From a bacterium (GTDB lineage Bacteria > Patescibacteriota > UBA1384 > CAILIB01): 64,000 bases of DNA. The position numbers and the translations under genes were made by a program. Shown here piece by piece: positions 25,884-36,800 of this stretch (the first letter of the stretch is position 1; the number at the start of each line of letters is the position of its first letter). The stretch lies in the NCBI GenBank assembly GCA_037131105.1, contig JBAXRQ010000001.1:2039-66038 (forward strand), read 5' to 3'. Below the pieces are notes generated by a model. The model did no database searches, was not told the DNA's origin, and saw only the letters and a program-made list of their open reading frames with translations.

Positions 25884-27866
25884 ATGATCAGCAACGCCCA
25901 GAAATTTCAAACCTCATTAGCTGCTGCCCTGCTCGTGGCGCCACTGTTAGCTATTTTCTCCTATGCTCCGGCGGCTCAGGCTTTCTCTGGTAATGGCAGC
26001 GGCACCGTAGGTTCACCGTATCAGATTGAAACCTGTGCCCAGTTTCAGGATATTAGCAGTGATCTGGCGGCTAACTACGTTCTGGTAAAAGATATTGACT
26101 GTACCGGAGTAACTTTCACCCCACTGGGAACCTCAGGCACTAAATTCACTGGTACTTTTGATGGTAATGATTTTTCAATTACTGCCCTTACAATCTCAGC
26201 TTCTGGCCAAATTGCTCCTTTTGCCTATGTCGGGGCGGCAACCATCAAGAACGTCCATTTTGTTGGTGGAGCCATGACTTCAACAACCTCCAATGCTGGA
26301 GGAGTTATTGCTTATGCTCTGGGAGCAACGGTAACCAACATCTCTTCGACAGCTACGATTGTGGCGAGCAGCGGTTGGGGGTCGGGTTTAGTTACTACTG
26401 CCGATACGGTCACCATGAGTAATTCTTTCTACAACGGATCAGTTACAGCAGGCGCCTATGCCTCAGGTTTGGTTGGGGTTACGTATAACACCACCACTAT
26501 TGCCGACTCATACAGTAAGGGTTCCATGAATGACAATATCTACCCTGGTGGTCTGGTGGGTAACCTAGGTGGAGGCTCATCAATTGTCCGAAGTTATAGT
26601 ACTGCCACCATTAATGCAGTAGGTGTGTACGTGGGTGGCTTGGTCGGCACCTTTAGTGGATCCGCCTCGATAACTGATACGTTCTATGCTGGGTTAATGA
26701 ATACGGCTGGCTCTACTAATCACGGGGCTATTTCAGGTATACGGAGCGGCAGCACTACGATGACCAATGTGTTCTTTGACTCAGATGCGTGTACTACCTG
26801 TAGTCAAGGAGCTAGTGGTACAGGTTCAGATACTGGGGCTACTTCGATCACGGGGGATCCGACATACTTTCTAAACAATAGTACCAACGCTCCGCTTGAT
26901 ACTTACAACTTTACTACTGTCTGGCAGACCGTAACGGCCGATTACCCTACTCTTCGAACGGCTGGTGCCCCGACTGCCCCTTCGGCTCCTCAAGCCTTCA
27001 GTGCCGCTAAGACCGGTGACTCAGTAGTATTGACCTGGGCTGCACCTAGTACTGTCGGTGGAGGAAGTCGTACTGATTACGAAGTGCAGTATAAGCTTTC
27101 TACTGATTCTGGGTGGACAACTAAAGCTCATACAGCCGATCCAAGTTTGACTAGCATAACGCTGTCTGGGCTTACCATAGGCGGTGTCTATAGTTTCAGG
27201 GTTCGAGCTTTGAACTCAACCGTTTTCGGAAGCCTATCAACTCTTACCGATGAGGCGACGATTGTTGGTGGGGTGGCAACGGGTTTGCCAAGTGGTTTAA
27301 GCGTTAAGGATGCTACTTCGGGAGTCGACCTTACCACTTCCGGTAGTACTGGCTTGGTAACGGTTCAGGTAGTTGATACGGCTAGCGGGCTGGTGGTTGG
27401 TACGGTCTCAGTTGATCTTTCGACCAATCGAAGTTTCGCCGGCATAACGGCCGCTACGAGTCTGGCCACGGGGAAGACGGTTATCTCTGGCTTTGGCGCC
27501 CTGGCAGGTGTGAGCGGTACACACACCCTCTTTGTTCCTAAGCTATCTGGTCAAACCCAGGTAAGAATCTGCCCAAGCGCCACCATTATAAGTGACGTCA
27601 CCGTTGATTGTACGGGAGGTACTACCTATGCAGCGGGCGATACGAATGTGACGGTAGTAACGCTAGCTTCCCAGGCTTATTGGAAAATAGACGGATTGAC
27701 TGGTACGGGTGGAATCGGTATCAGTCCGGCCGTAGCTACCCCAGCTCCTTCTTTGGCTAAGACTGGAGATAGTCCTCTCCCAGGAATGGTACTTGCTCTT
27801 ATTCTCTTGATCGGAAGTGGGCTAGGTCTCTTCTCTCGCCACCCACACGTGTCTTCGAAGCATTAG
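25884..27866 (+). CDS. Cell-surface protein with GLUG-type beta-helix, FN3 and LAKTG sorting signal
   Basis: Signal peptide AQA, GSGT..PYQI.T, GGLVG repeats, FN3 (LTW.AP..DYEVQY..YSFRVRA.N), LAKTG-TM-basic tail. Confidence 0.85.
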   Translation: MISNAQKFQTSLAAALLVAPLLAIFSYAPAAQAFSGNGSGTVGSPYQIETCAQFQDISSDLAANYVLVKDIDCTGVTFTPLGTSGTKFTGTFDGNDFSITALTISASGQIAPFAYVGAATIKNVHFVGGAMTSTTSNAGGVIAYALGATVTNISSTATIVASSGWGSGLVTTADTVTMSNSFYNGSVTAGAYASGLVGVTYNTTTIADSYSKGSMNDNIYPGGLVGNLGGGSSIVRSYSTATINAVGVYVGGLVGTFSGSASITDTFYAGLMNTAGSTNHGAISGIRSGSTTMTNVFFDSDACTTCSQGASGTGSDTGATSITGDPTYFLNNSTNAPLDTYNFTTVWQTVTADYPTLRTAGAPTAPSAPQAFSAAKTGDSVVLTWAAPSTVGGGSRTDYEVQYKLSTDSGWTTKAHTADPSLTSITLSGLTIGGVYSFRVRALNSTVFGSLSTLTDEATIVGGVATGLPSGLSVKDATSGVDLTTSGSTGLVTVQVVDTASGLVVGTVSVDLSTNRSFAGITAATSLATGKTVISGFGALAGVSGTHTLFVPKLSGQTQVRICPSATIISDVTVDCTGGTTYAAGDTNVTVVTLASQAYWKIDGLTGTGGIGISPAVATPAPSLAKTGDSPLPGMVLALILLIGSGLGLFSRHPHVSSKH

Positions 27867-28075
27867 CCAGGTTTCATAGGTATAGAGAGTGAGCTCAGGG
27901 CTCTTGCTGGGCTTAAGTATCTCTACCAGTATGCTACTAGCAGCCAAGGTATCCGTACCGAGTATAGACGTACTGATACCACTTCTGAAAAGGCTGGATT
28001 TGAAACCTGAACAAATGGGCCGATGGACAATTGACATCATCGACATCAAAACAGTGTCAATGCTATCATACCCCT

Positions 28076-28267
28076 ATGAAAACCACCCAAATCACCATTC
28101 GGAAGGTTGACCTGGCCCTTGAGGCTTTGCGTGAGAAGGTGGGTGATATGTCTGCTTCTAAGCGTCAGACTGGTCTGCAAAAGTATTTCGGCATGTTCTC
28201 TGAAGGTGCCTTTGACCAGTCGGCCCTGGACGGCTTTGAGGCTGTCGACGAAGCAATGTGGGCCTGA
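28076..28267 (+). CDS. Putative VapB-type antitoxin
   Basis: QITIRKVD RHH-like start, acidic C-terminus ending VDEAMW; overlaps PIN gene; TTGACA..TGTCAA inverted repeat upstream (28031-28060). Confidence 0.65.
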   Translation: MKTTQITIRKVDLALEALREKVGDMSASKRQTGLQKYFGMFSEGAFDQSALDGFEAVDEAMWA

Positions 28268-28645
28268 GCATACTTGCCGTAGACACCACTATCGTCAGCC
28301 TGTTCCTGAGGGGCATGGACTAGCTTCCCTCTGACGACCTCTATCTTCCCTACATGGTCCTCGCCAAGACGAGGGCGGGCATTATCAGGGGTGCTAATCC
28401 GGCAAAGTTCCTGCCTCTTTTTGAGGAGTTCCTTGCCGATCGCCACATTATCACCAGTCCAGGACTGACCCCGGACATGATTCCTATTCTACGCGGAGAT
28501 ATACACCTATCTGCGTGCCCACGGTACCCCCATGTCTGCCAATGACCTCTGGATAGCCGCTGAGTGCTCTCACCTGTCGCTGCCGCTTTTAACCAAGGAC
28601 AAGGACTTCCAGCACGTGCCACAGGTCATCTTGTGGCAGGGGTGA
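28258..28645 (+). pseudogene. vapC: VapC/PIN toxin pseudogene
   Basis: LAVDTT...ANDLWIAA..LLTKDKDF; in-frame TAG at 28321-28323 and +1 frameshift near 28488. Confidence 0.8.
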
Positions 28646-28764
28646 GGGGGAGAAGATGAGATTGGAAAGACAAAAGGAGCCCCTGATGAGGCTTCTTTTT
28701 ATTTACCTTTATTTCGCTTAGCCAATATCCCCTGTATCGACGGGCTTACCGCCTTGTCAGTACG

Positions 28765-29118
28765 ATGAATGCAGCCTATCCAGCAGCAGGGCCGGCGCAT
28801 TCCCTCGATAAGCTCGCTGACCGTCCTTCTGACATGGTCCTTTCTGGTGTCGTCCCTCTTGACCCAGGTTACCCAGCAGATCCACTCATTACGGGTGACT
28901 GGGCCGGGGAAGAGATTGTCCAGACGATGGATAAAACCTTTCCAAACGCAGTGTTCTGCGTAGGGGGCCGGGGTGCCGTGTTGTCGCAGTTCGCATTTCA
29001 CCCGCGTTTTGCGGGGTACGTACCCCAACCAGTTTCCCTGAACTCGGAGAATGGCAACAGGGTGCTTATGGATCCTCTTCTGGGGAATGCCATGGAGCAT
29101 CCGCTGCTCTCCGGTTGA
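28765..29118 (+). CDS. Hypothetical protein, paralog of the next gene (receiver-like)
   Basis: Shares DWAG..I...MD..FPNA.F.VG...HPRFAGYV..P with 29276-29704. Confidence 0.6.
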   Translation: MNAAYPAAGPAHSLDKLADRPSDMVLSGVVPLDPGYPADPLITGDWAGEEIVQTMDKTFPNAVFCVGGRGAVLSQFAFHPRFAGYVPQPVSLNSENGNRVLMDPLLGNAMEHPLLSG

Positions 29119-29275
29119 ATCGGTGGTTCTCTCAGGTGTGGGTGGGCACATACGCCCACTCACCCACCCTGAGCGAAGCAACGCTCACAGGTTTGAAAGT
29201 CGTACCTTTAGAAGATAGCCCTTCGAGACACCCACCCTCACCGGGGGATTACAGAAGAAGGGCCTGGAGAAGACC

Positions 29276-29704
29276 ATGAAGAAAGTAGTTATCTTTGACG
29301 TTATGCTGTCCGGCGGACATATCCTGCAGAGGGTTATCCTCGAACGCAGCGAGACGCCGGACCCGGATCGGAAGTGTGACCTGGTCTACATGACTGGCTT
29401 CGGGAAGGTGGCCGAGACCGGCACTCCTGATCCCGATGTGGCGGCGGTCGCGTTCTACACGAGCGAAATCGTCCGCGAGGACTGGGCGGGGTATGACATC
29501 ATTACCATGATGGACAGAGTGTTTCCGAATGCGCTGTTCGTCGTGGGGGATGCTTCCTCCTACCGCCGGGACTTCCTCGAAGCGCACCCGCGCTTTGCAG
29601 GTTATGTCCACATGCCCTGGGGAATCGAGGATAAGTTTGACTACGAAGTCATCGAACCCCTCGCTCGCGCCCTGCGGAAATATAAGGAGAAGAAGAATGG
29701 TTAA
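29276..29704 (+). CDS. Hypothetical protein with degenerate receiver (CheY-like) fold
   Basis: MKKVVIFD, DLVYM, AGYV..P pattern; GGAG SD; terminator 29704-29735. Confidence 0.65.
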   Translation: MKKVVIFDVMLSGGHILQRVILERSETPDPDRKCDLVYMTGFGKVAETGTPDPDVAAVAFYTSEIVREDWAGYDIITMMDRVFPNALFVVGDASSYRRDFLEAHPRFAGYVHMPWGIEDKFDYEVIEPLARALRKYKEKKNG

Positions 29705-29800
29705 AAAATCCCCGCGCCGGTGGCGCGGGGATTTTGCTGTGACATTTCTTGTGTAAGGGCGCTGACCACCATATACTGAAGATACATATAATATTGCCAC

Positions 29801-32800
29801 ATGGTTAATGAGGGCGACTGGGGAAGGGGCGTTCCCCCATCCGAAGAAAACAATAGAGAGCCTGATGCTCTGACAGCGGCTGCTTATGACGCGGCCCTCT
29901 TTTCCGCGGGACAGGCGGACTCTCCCGAGGTGCCCGCTTCTCCTGAGGATTCTCCTAAACTGAAAGTGGAGGAGGTGCATCGTTCCGCCAAGACAATTCT
30001 CGCTACTGTCGCCAACATGGTGGGGCCAAATGCAGCCCCTAGGATTGAGATGACAGGATTTGAATCTCCTGACCGGATCATCACTCAGTTTCAGGGGTAT
30101 ACCGTGGTGCTTAACAAGTCGCGGTACTTCGTCTTTGACGATGAAGGGAACGAAGTCGGTGAAAATATGCCAAGAGACGCACACCTGACGGCTGAATGGG
30201 ACGCCATTGAGCTAATAAGTGCTGGTGGTAAGGAGCCAAATGTCTCAGAATCACCAAGGGGCAGATCTAATACCGTTGAGCAGTATCCGGCTGTAACCCA
30301 TTCTTACTTGAGAAGAGCTATCCGAGAACAAGGTGGTGTCAGTATGCAAACGCCCATGCACCGTGTGGATACGATCTATTCACCAGAGCTTGAAAGCATA
30401 GACCCGATGGTTCTTGATAACGGCAACATCTTGATGTTCCCTGGTCGAAAGCATTCTGCCTATGTGGGGTATGTCAGTAATCCTGGCGGCGACCCGGTGG
30501 CACCAAGGCACTGGAAGAGGATAGACAGCTTTACTCCAATTGATGACTTACCGCTTGAAGCGCAGGATATTGCCCGTGAAATTGCTAAGGTTGATAACCG
30601 TGGAACAGCTAGACTAAATGATGAGCTGCGTATCAAATATGCTTTGGACCGTGTGGAGATCTATCGCGGCGCAATCCTTCTGGGGATGGATCCCGAGTTC
30701 AAGGATAATGTCCAGGGCATTGATACCTCTTTCGCCGATACGAAACACCCGGAAATAATATACTACTACTCCAGTCGCAATCCCCAGAAGCTTATCCGCA
30801 TGGATACCTCGGCAGATGATGTTGGCAAATGGGCTGCCACTCAGACTGACCTGATATTTCCCCAGACATACGGTTTTTTGAATGATCTAAAAATGGATCC
30901 TTCTGGCACATTGCTCTGCGGTAAGACCGATAAGGGCTTCGTTATCCTGGACAAGGATACCCTGGAGGAGGTGTACTATTTTAATGATTTTTGCACAGAG
31001 CTGTGGTTTGACGGCGAAGGAAAGGTTCGCATCATGGACGCCGAAGGCTATATCCATACTTTTGCTATGGATATCCCCACTTGGAAGGCCCAGGCAGTTG
31101 CAAGGAACCTGGAGCCGCTGACGGTTCAGAGTCCCTTTACCGCTCCTCAGGCCGCAGCGGGTCAGGGCCCCCAGCCAAGCGGCATGGAGCACCTAAACCC
31201 TTCCCGTGCAGAGTATACGCGACAGCTCTCAGTCTTCATTGACCAGGCGACGACGTTGGCGCAGCTAGAGGATGTGCGGATTCAGTCGATAGGTGACCTG
31301 ATCTTCCAACTGATGGGACAGGGTCTTACCAAAGAAGAAGCGAAGTATGTTACGGCAGAGGCCAAGGCCTTGCTGGTGGAGAAGCAGAAGACACTTGCCA
31401 GCCAGGAGGCTGCCAAGCTTATTGCAGACCTCAGAGGTCATCTCGGTGGCAGCGATCTCACCCTTGCCCGTCTTGCCGAGCTGAAGGCCGATGCCGGCCA
31501 GCTGGATGCCCTCAAAGGCCTGGTGGATCAGCCGTATAGAGATCAGATCCGTATCCTTGAAGAGAATATCGCCCAGAAGCTGGCCGAAGTATTTAGGCAG
31601 GAAGCTGAGACTATCAAGAAAAGCATAGGTGAGCTGGTGGGGCATGCCAAGGCTGAGCTAGAGGGATTTGCCTCGCTTACCCAGTTTACTGATTGGCGTG
31701 AGTTCGCCTATCCCCAGTACCGTTCTCGCCTAGGAGGACTGCTTCAGGACTGTCCCATTGAGGCCACTGAATCCCGGCAGATCATTCTTGACGGCTCACG
31801 GAGTCTCCAGGAGCTGGCAGACCAGTATGAGAACACGTTCACCACCCAGTATGCAAAGGTACGGGAGAAGGCAGCTGATCAGACTGCCCAGATGGAATCT
31901 TCCATACGGACGGAGATTGATTCGTTCAGTGCACGGCTACGGGCCAAGGGCTTTACCTTGCGATCCGATGCCGAGGACTATATCTCCCGTAGTGGTGCGG
32001 TGGCTCAGATCGAACAGGATATCGCGGCCATGCAGAGCTCCCACCCCACCCATGCCGAGGAGCTGGACCGGGTCTTTAATGTAACTAAGGCCAATCTTCT
32101 GGCCGAAGTGAGTCGGGGCGCCTCAACCCAGGTGGAGGCCAACGGCCAGCAGATGGCGGCTTTCGGGAGCACTCTGTTCCCGGTCTGGGAGAGCAAGGTC
32201 AAGGAGCGCAAGGAGAAGAAGGTGGAAGTCAGCTTTGCCGCTAACGAGGCTTCCCGAGGCCCCGGCGTGCAGGCCAACGAAGTGATGGGCGATGTCTCGG
32301 TGGTCATCACGAACTCAGAAGGACATAAGGAAGCGGTACGCCTCTGGGAGTCCATGGGCGATACTGAGGACCTCAGGCGGTATGGCGACAGCATCAAGGC
32401 AATGGGCCCCTCATACGTCACCAAGGAGGATTTTGACGGCATTGCCAGAGGGTACCGTACCTGGACGCGCGACGACGGCGCTTCGGTGATGGCCTCGTTG
32501 GAGGCTAAGCGGAAGGAGCTGGGCCTTGAAGCGGTGAATGAGCGGATCGACGCTCTGTATAAGGAAGCTGGAAGCTCTCGTGATGGGCGCAGGGAATTGC
32601 GCCAGTCCAGTTCCGAATTGCGGGAGCTGAGGAGGCAGCAGGCTGAGCTGCTTGAGCAGTATGCTGACTATTATGCCAAGCAGAACGTGGGACTCTACAA
32701 GCGTCTGGACGCCATAGCCGGCCTGCCGGAGCCAGAGTACACCAACGGCCGCGGCTTCGTGCCTGAGTGGCAGAGCCACTGGGTACTTGACGTCGACACC

Positions 32801-33835
32801 GAGAAGAACCTGGAGAAGATGGCGGAGCTGCTACTGATGCAGCTGGAGACCCATGAGGGCATTCTTAATCTCAAAGGCCATGCCGGTACGGGAAAGGACG
32901 TCCTAGTGAAGATGTTCTGCGAGCTGGCCAAGCGGCCGTATTTCCCTATGGACTGTTCCAAGTGGACCACTGAGTTTGAGCTTTCAGAGGATGTGGTCCT
33001 CGAGGCTCAGGACGGGGCCACCCAGACGGTGAAGGTTCCTTCGGTAGTACTGCAGGCAGTCGAGACGCCGGGCGCTGTCATGTACTTCAACGAGTTCAAC
33101 GCAATGCCTGAGCAGGCCCAGATCTTCCTACACGGTCTGTTTGACGAAAAGCGCTCCCTGACCCTGAAGACCAGTTCGGGCAAGGCCACCAAGGCAGACC
33201 CCAGCGTACTCTTCATTTCGTCGATGAACCCCGGTTACCCCGGCACCTTTGATCCCCAATTCGCTACCAAGAGTCGCATGGTCTCCATGGATATCGGCTA
33301 TCCTGACCAGTATAAGGATCCGGCCGAGGGCGATCCCAATCGCAATGCCATGCTCTCTTCCTCTGAGGCCCTGCGTATGGCCCGCGAGGTCAAATCGGTC
33401 TCCCGTCTCACCTATGAGTCTGATGCTGACAGAAATGAGTTTGGCATGCTGTGGGACCGGTATGTGAACGGTGTTGAACGAGGTGGTCCTGAGCCCACTA
33501 CTCTCCAGAAATACGACCTGGACGTAATACTGGCAGTCGTCCAGTTTGGCAACAAGCTTCGCGACGCCTTCATGATGCAATATGACGGTACGCCGCAGCA
33601 GAAGCGGGATACTAGCAGGGACCTACCGGTCACCCAGCCGTTCACAGGCCGCGAAATCAGGCGCTGCGCCTACGCCTTGAACAAGATTCCTTTGGTTGAG
33701 AAGGACGCGGATCCTGAGCAGGTGGCACGTAACCTCATCACCACCTTCTTTCTCTCTCACATAGATGACTCATCCAAGGTCGCCAAGATTGCGTCGGCCA
33801 TGGAGACCTGGACCTCGGCCAAACGGGTTCGTTAA
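29801..33835 (+). CDS. Giant protein with C-terminal MoxR/CbbQ-type AAA+ domain
   Basis: GHAGTGKD Walker A, MYFNEFN Walker B variant, SMNPGY sensor 1, SRM Arg finger; helical middle region and beta-rich N-terminus. Confidence 0.85.
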   Translation: MVNEGDWGRGVPPSEENNREPDALTAAAYDAALFSAGQADSPEVPASPEDSPKLKVEEVHRSAKTILATVANMVGPNAAPRIEMTGFESPDRIITQFQGYTVVLNKSRYFVFDDEGNEVGENMPRDAHLTAEWDAIELISAGGKEPNVSESPRGRSNTVEQYPAVTHSYLRRAIREQGGVSMQTPMHRVDTIYSPELESIDPMVLDNGNILMFPGRKHSAYVGYVSNPGGDPVAPRHWKRIDSFTPIDDLPLEAQDIAREIAKVDNRGTARLNDELRIKYALDRVEIYRGAILLGMDPEFKDNVQGIDTSFADTKHPEIIYYYSSRNPQKLIRMDTSADDVGKWAATQTDLIFPQTYGFLNDLKMDPSGTLLCGKTDKGFVILDKDTLEEVYYFNDFCTELWFDGEGKVRIMDAEGYIHTFAMDIPTWKAQAVARNLEPLTVQSPFTAPQAAAGQGPQPSGMEHLNPSRAEYTRQLSVFIDQATTLAQLEDVRIQSIGDLIFQLMGQGLTKEEAKYVTAEAKALLVEKQKTLASQEAAKLIADLRGHLGGSDLTLARLAELKADAGQLDALKGLVDQPYRDQIRILEENIAQKLAEVFRQEAETIKKSIGELVGHAKAELEGFASLTQFTDWREFAYPQYRSRLGGLLQDCPIEATESRQIILDGSRSLQELADQYENTFTTQYAKVREKAADQTAQMESSIRTEIDSFSARLRAKGFTLRSDAEDYISRSGAVAQIEQDIAAMQSSHPTHAEELDRVFNVTKANLLAEVSRGASTQVEANGQQMAAFGSTLFPVWESKVKERKEKKVEVSFAANEASRGPGVQANEVMGDVSVVITNSEGHKEAVRLWESMGDTEDLRRYGDSIKAMGPSYVTKEDFDGIARGYRTWTRDDGASVMASLEAKRKELGLEAVNERIDALYKEAGSSRDGRRELRQSSSELRELRRQQAELLEQYADYYAKQNVGLYKRLDAIAGLPEPEYTNGRGFVPEWQSHWVLDVDTEKNLEKMAELLLMQLETHEGILNLKGHAGTGKDVLVKMFCELAKRPYFPMDCSKWTTEFELSEDVVLEAQDGATQTVKVPSVVLQAVETPGAVMYFNEFNAMPEQAQIFLHGLFDEKRSLTLKTSSGKATKADPSVLFISSMNPGYPGTFDPQFATKSRMVSMDIGYPDQYKDPAEGDPNRNAMLSSSEALRMAREVKSVSRLTYESDADRNEFGMLWDRYVNGVERGGPEPTTLQKYDLDVILAVVQFGNKLRDAFMMQYDGTPQQKRDTSRDLPVTQPFTGREIRRCAYALNKIPLVEKDADPEQVARNLITTFFLSHIDDSSKVAKIASAMETWTSAKRVR

Positions 33836-33843
33836 AGGGTAAT

Positions 33844-36800
33844 ATGCTCGACCACTTAAACTTGCCTCCCCTTCCTGAAGCGGAGAAACCCCCGCAGAGA
33901 GAGCATCTCCGCCATATGGGGATATTGTCAGATATGGGCAGGGAGCTGGGAGCACCGGTGCTCCCAGGTAAGCAGTGGGGGTATCATTATCCGGGTAACG
34001 GCGCCCAGCGGGCAGACTTGCTTAAGGGTCTCTTGGACGGGACCGTCAGCTCTGAGGAGGCTGCCCTTGGCCTGCGCCCTGATGCGATCACCTATAGCCT
34101 TGAGGATCTTCAGACTGAAGGGTTTGAAGCTGTAAGCGGGAGACTGCGGGCAGTCACCTCGACTTTGCAGAACTATGACTACGAAGGGCTGGCCGAGTTC
34201 GTCGGCCAGATGCAGGGTAAGGACGTCTCGCCAGAGGAGGCTCAGGCCCTCTATGACCGCCTGACTGGCGGATACGTCCAGAAACGGGCCATGGACAGCT
34301 TTGGAAGCACCGGCCGCAGACAGATGGAGGCCGCCCTGCAGGGCGAGTCAAGGCGCCTTCTGGAATCCACGGGGAGCACTCCTCAGGAGAGAGTGCTCCA
34401 GGCGCTACGGGCCCACTGGCTGTGTGAGGGGGCCAGGACACTGAGGAGTGATGATCGCGACGGAATAGCCGCTGCGCTGTCTCAGGACGAGCTCAGGGCC
34501 TATGAGGGACTGAAGGAGGACTATCTGCAGTATATGTCAGGCGATAAGGATGCGTATCGCCGCTTAGCGACGTATGTCCAGGAGAGTTTCGGGAGAGCTG
34601 AGCCGCTAGAGAGCAGCCAGAGCATGCAGGACCTGGAGAAGGAACTTGAGCCGTATATGGACCAAGCAGTTCCGCCTGGAATGCCTTCTGATCCGGCCAT
34701 ACCGCCAGATGACAATGACGAATACCATACGCCTCCGCCCCGACCTGGCCGGGAGTCAGGAGTGGAGTCGGAGCCCCAGAGGCCTATCTTTGAGATCGCC
34801 CCTACCGGTAGTAGCACCAAGCCGCTGACCGGCTACTATATATCCGGCCGCAAAAGCTACTATGACGAGGACGCCAAGGTCTGGAGCAAGCGGAAGCAGC
34901 TTATGCCCTATTCTGAGTCTCCCGCCGGTACTGACCGCCAGGTCCTGAGCGGCCGCATTGATGCTGGTTTGAAGTCTGTTCCCATCCCCAACGGCTATGC
35001 CCTAGATGCTGCCACCTTGCGGGTTCAGCAGGGGACAGCGACCCTTTCTCGGGATCAGAACGGCTGTTTCTATATCCAGTCCACTGAGACCTCGGACTTT
35101 ACCGTAGAATTTTTGAAGGAGCCGACTGCATTTATCAGCCCGCCCATAGGAGAGGATGTGCGTGACGTTCATAGGGGGAGACTCTCGGATCAGACCGAGC
35201 AGTTCCTGGCCACTGTGAGGGGCACTCCTACCGAGATGGCAGTCAAGGCGCAGGGGTACATCCGCTCCAACCATTTCTACCCCGGTGGAGGGGATCTGAA
35301 GGCCGCCCAAGCCCTCCAACACAAGCTCAGGTCTGAGTCGACGGCGGACACCTACTTCCAGAACCTGGATGCCTCGGAATACTTGGAGTGTTACTCGTCC
35401 CTCAACCTGTGGATTGCCATGATGCGTAGCGTTGATGTACCCTGTCGAGTGGTGCTCGGGCACATGATAGATTCGGCACGTGACGGCAAGGCGGCTATGG
35501 ATGCCACTACCGGGCACGCCTGGGGTGAGTTCTGGGATGGAAGTGAGTGGCGTCGCATTGACCCGACTCCTCCTCCCAAGCCAGAGGACAAGAAGCCCGA
35601 AGGTGACCCAGGGCAGGGTGAGCCCACTCCTAGCCAGCAGGCAGAGGACGGAGGTATCGAAGGCGATACCAGCCAGCCGACCCAGACCGGCGAATCCGGT
35701 GAACAGGCCGGCCAGGGCCAGGGGTCTGGACAAGAGATGGGCCAGGTCAGTGACCAGGAGATGGAAGAAGCCCAGTCCCAGCTTGAGCAGGCTCAAAACG
35801 AGCTGCAAAAAATGGATGACCGTAAGGCGGAGCTCAATCAGAAGATCCAGGATGCTAAGGATTTCAACGACCTCAAGGAACTGCACGACAAGATGGAGAA
35901 GGAAGACCTGCTAGACGATATGAAGGAAGACCTTGTGAAGCGTCTGGAGGCCAAGCAGGAGCAGATGAAGGACAATATCAAAGAGCAGCTGGACGAGATG
36001 GTTGAGGACGGCTTTATGGACGAAGATAAGCGGAAGCAGCTTGAGGAAGCACTGGATGAAGGTGCTCTCGAGAAGCTTGACCAGATGAAGCAGCAGCTTG
36101 AGAGGGAGAGTGGCCTCTACAATGAGTACGATGCTATCCGGCAGGAGGTGCAGCCGCTGGTGGATGAGTGGCTTGGGTATTTTCTGGAGCGCCTTCCTCG
36201 CCAGGATGAAATCGAAGTAGATGAGGACGCTTTGGCTCGAAGGGGAACCTTCAATAGGCGTTCAGCTATGCGGGCCCGCAACCTGTTATTCGGCACAGTC
36301 CGCAATCCTCATATCATTAATCCGGTGGTGAAACCCCTGTTCCTGGCCAAGATGATGGTGGACGTCAGCGGTTCGATGCAGGGTGAGAAGCTGAGGAGCG
36401 CTCGCAAGACACTGGTATTTCTCTCTGAACTCTTTAGTGCCATTAAGGAGCAGTTTGGGTATATCAAGTTTTCCATCGACATCTTCTCTGACAACCTGAC
36501 CACCATCAAGGGGTTTGATCAAGACTACGATCGAAATGAGCGGTATGATTTCAAGGACGGAAGCACTTCCACGGTAAAGGTGCGCCTTATGGAGAGACTT
36601 GCCAGCAAGGGCGGCACCAACATGCTGGCCGCCATTACTGCGGCAGCTGATGATCTTACCGAACAAGCTTCGGATAACCCTGAGTTTGCCTCCGCCTTTT
36701 ACTTTATGGGAGACGGGGGTGACACCTGTGGAAACGGTGCCAAGGTGAGGGAGTTCATGCAAACCAAGCAAAGGGGGGGATTTGGCGAGCATATGCACTC

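Noticed and set aside
27866-28030. Short ORFs between the surface protein and the antitoxin
   Set aside because: No SD or motifs and conflicting frames; this could be a gene remnant but I cannot support it.
28321-28323. TAG readthrough or alternative genetic code in vapC
   Set aside because: The same gene also has a frameshift, and TAG, TGA and TAA all end intact genes here (recA TAG, recX TGA), consistent with code 11.
29249-30184. 311-aa minus-strand ORF
   Set aside because: It is antisense to two supported + strand genes, crosses a terminator and has no motifs.
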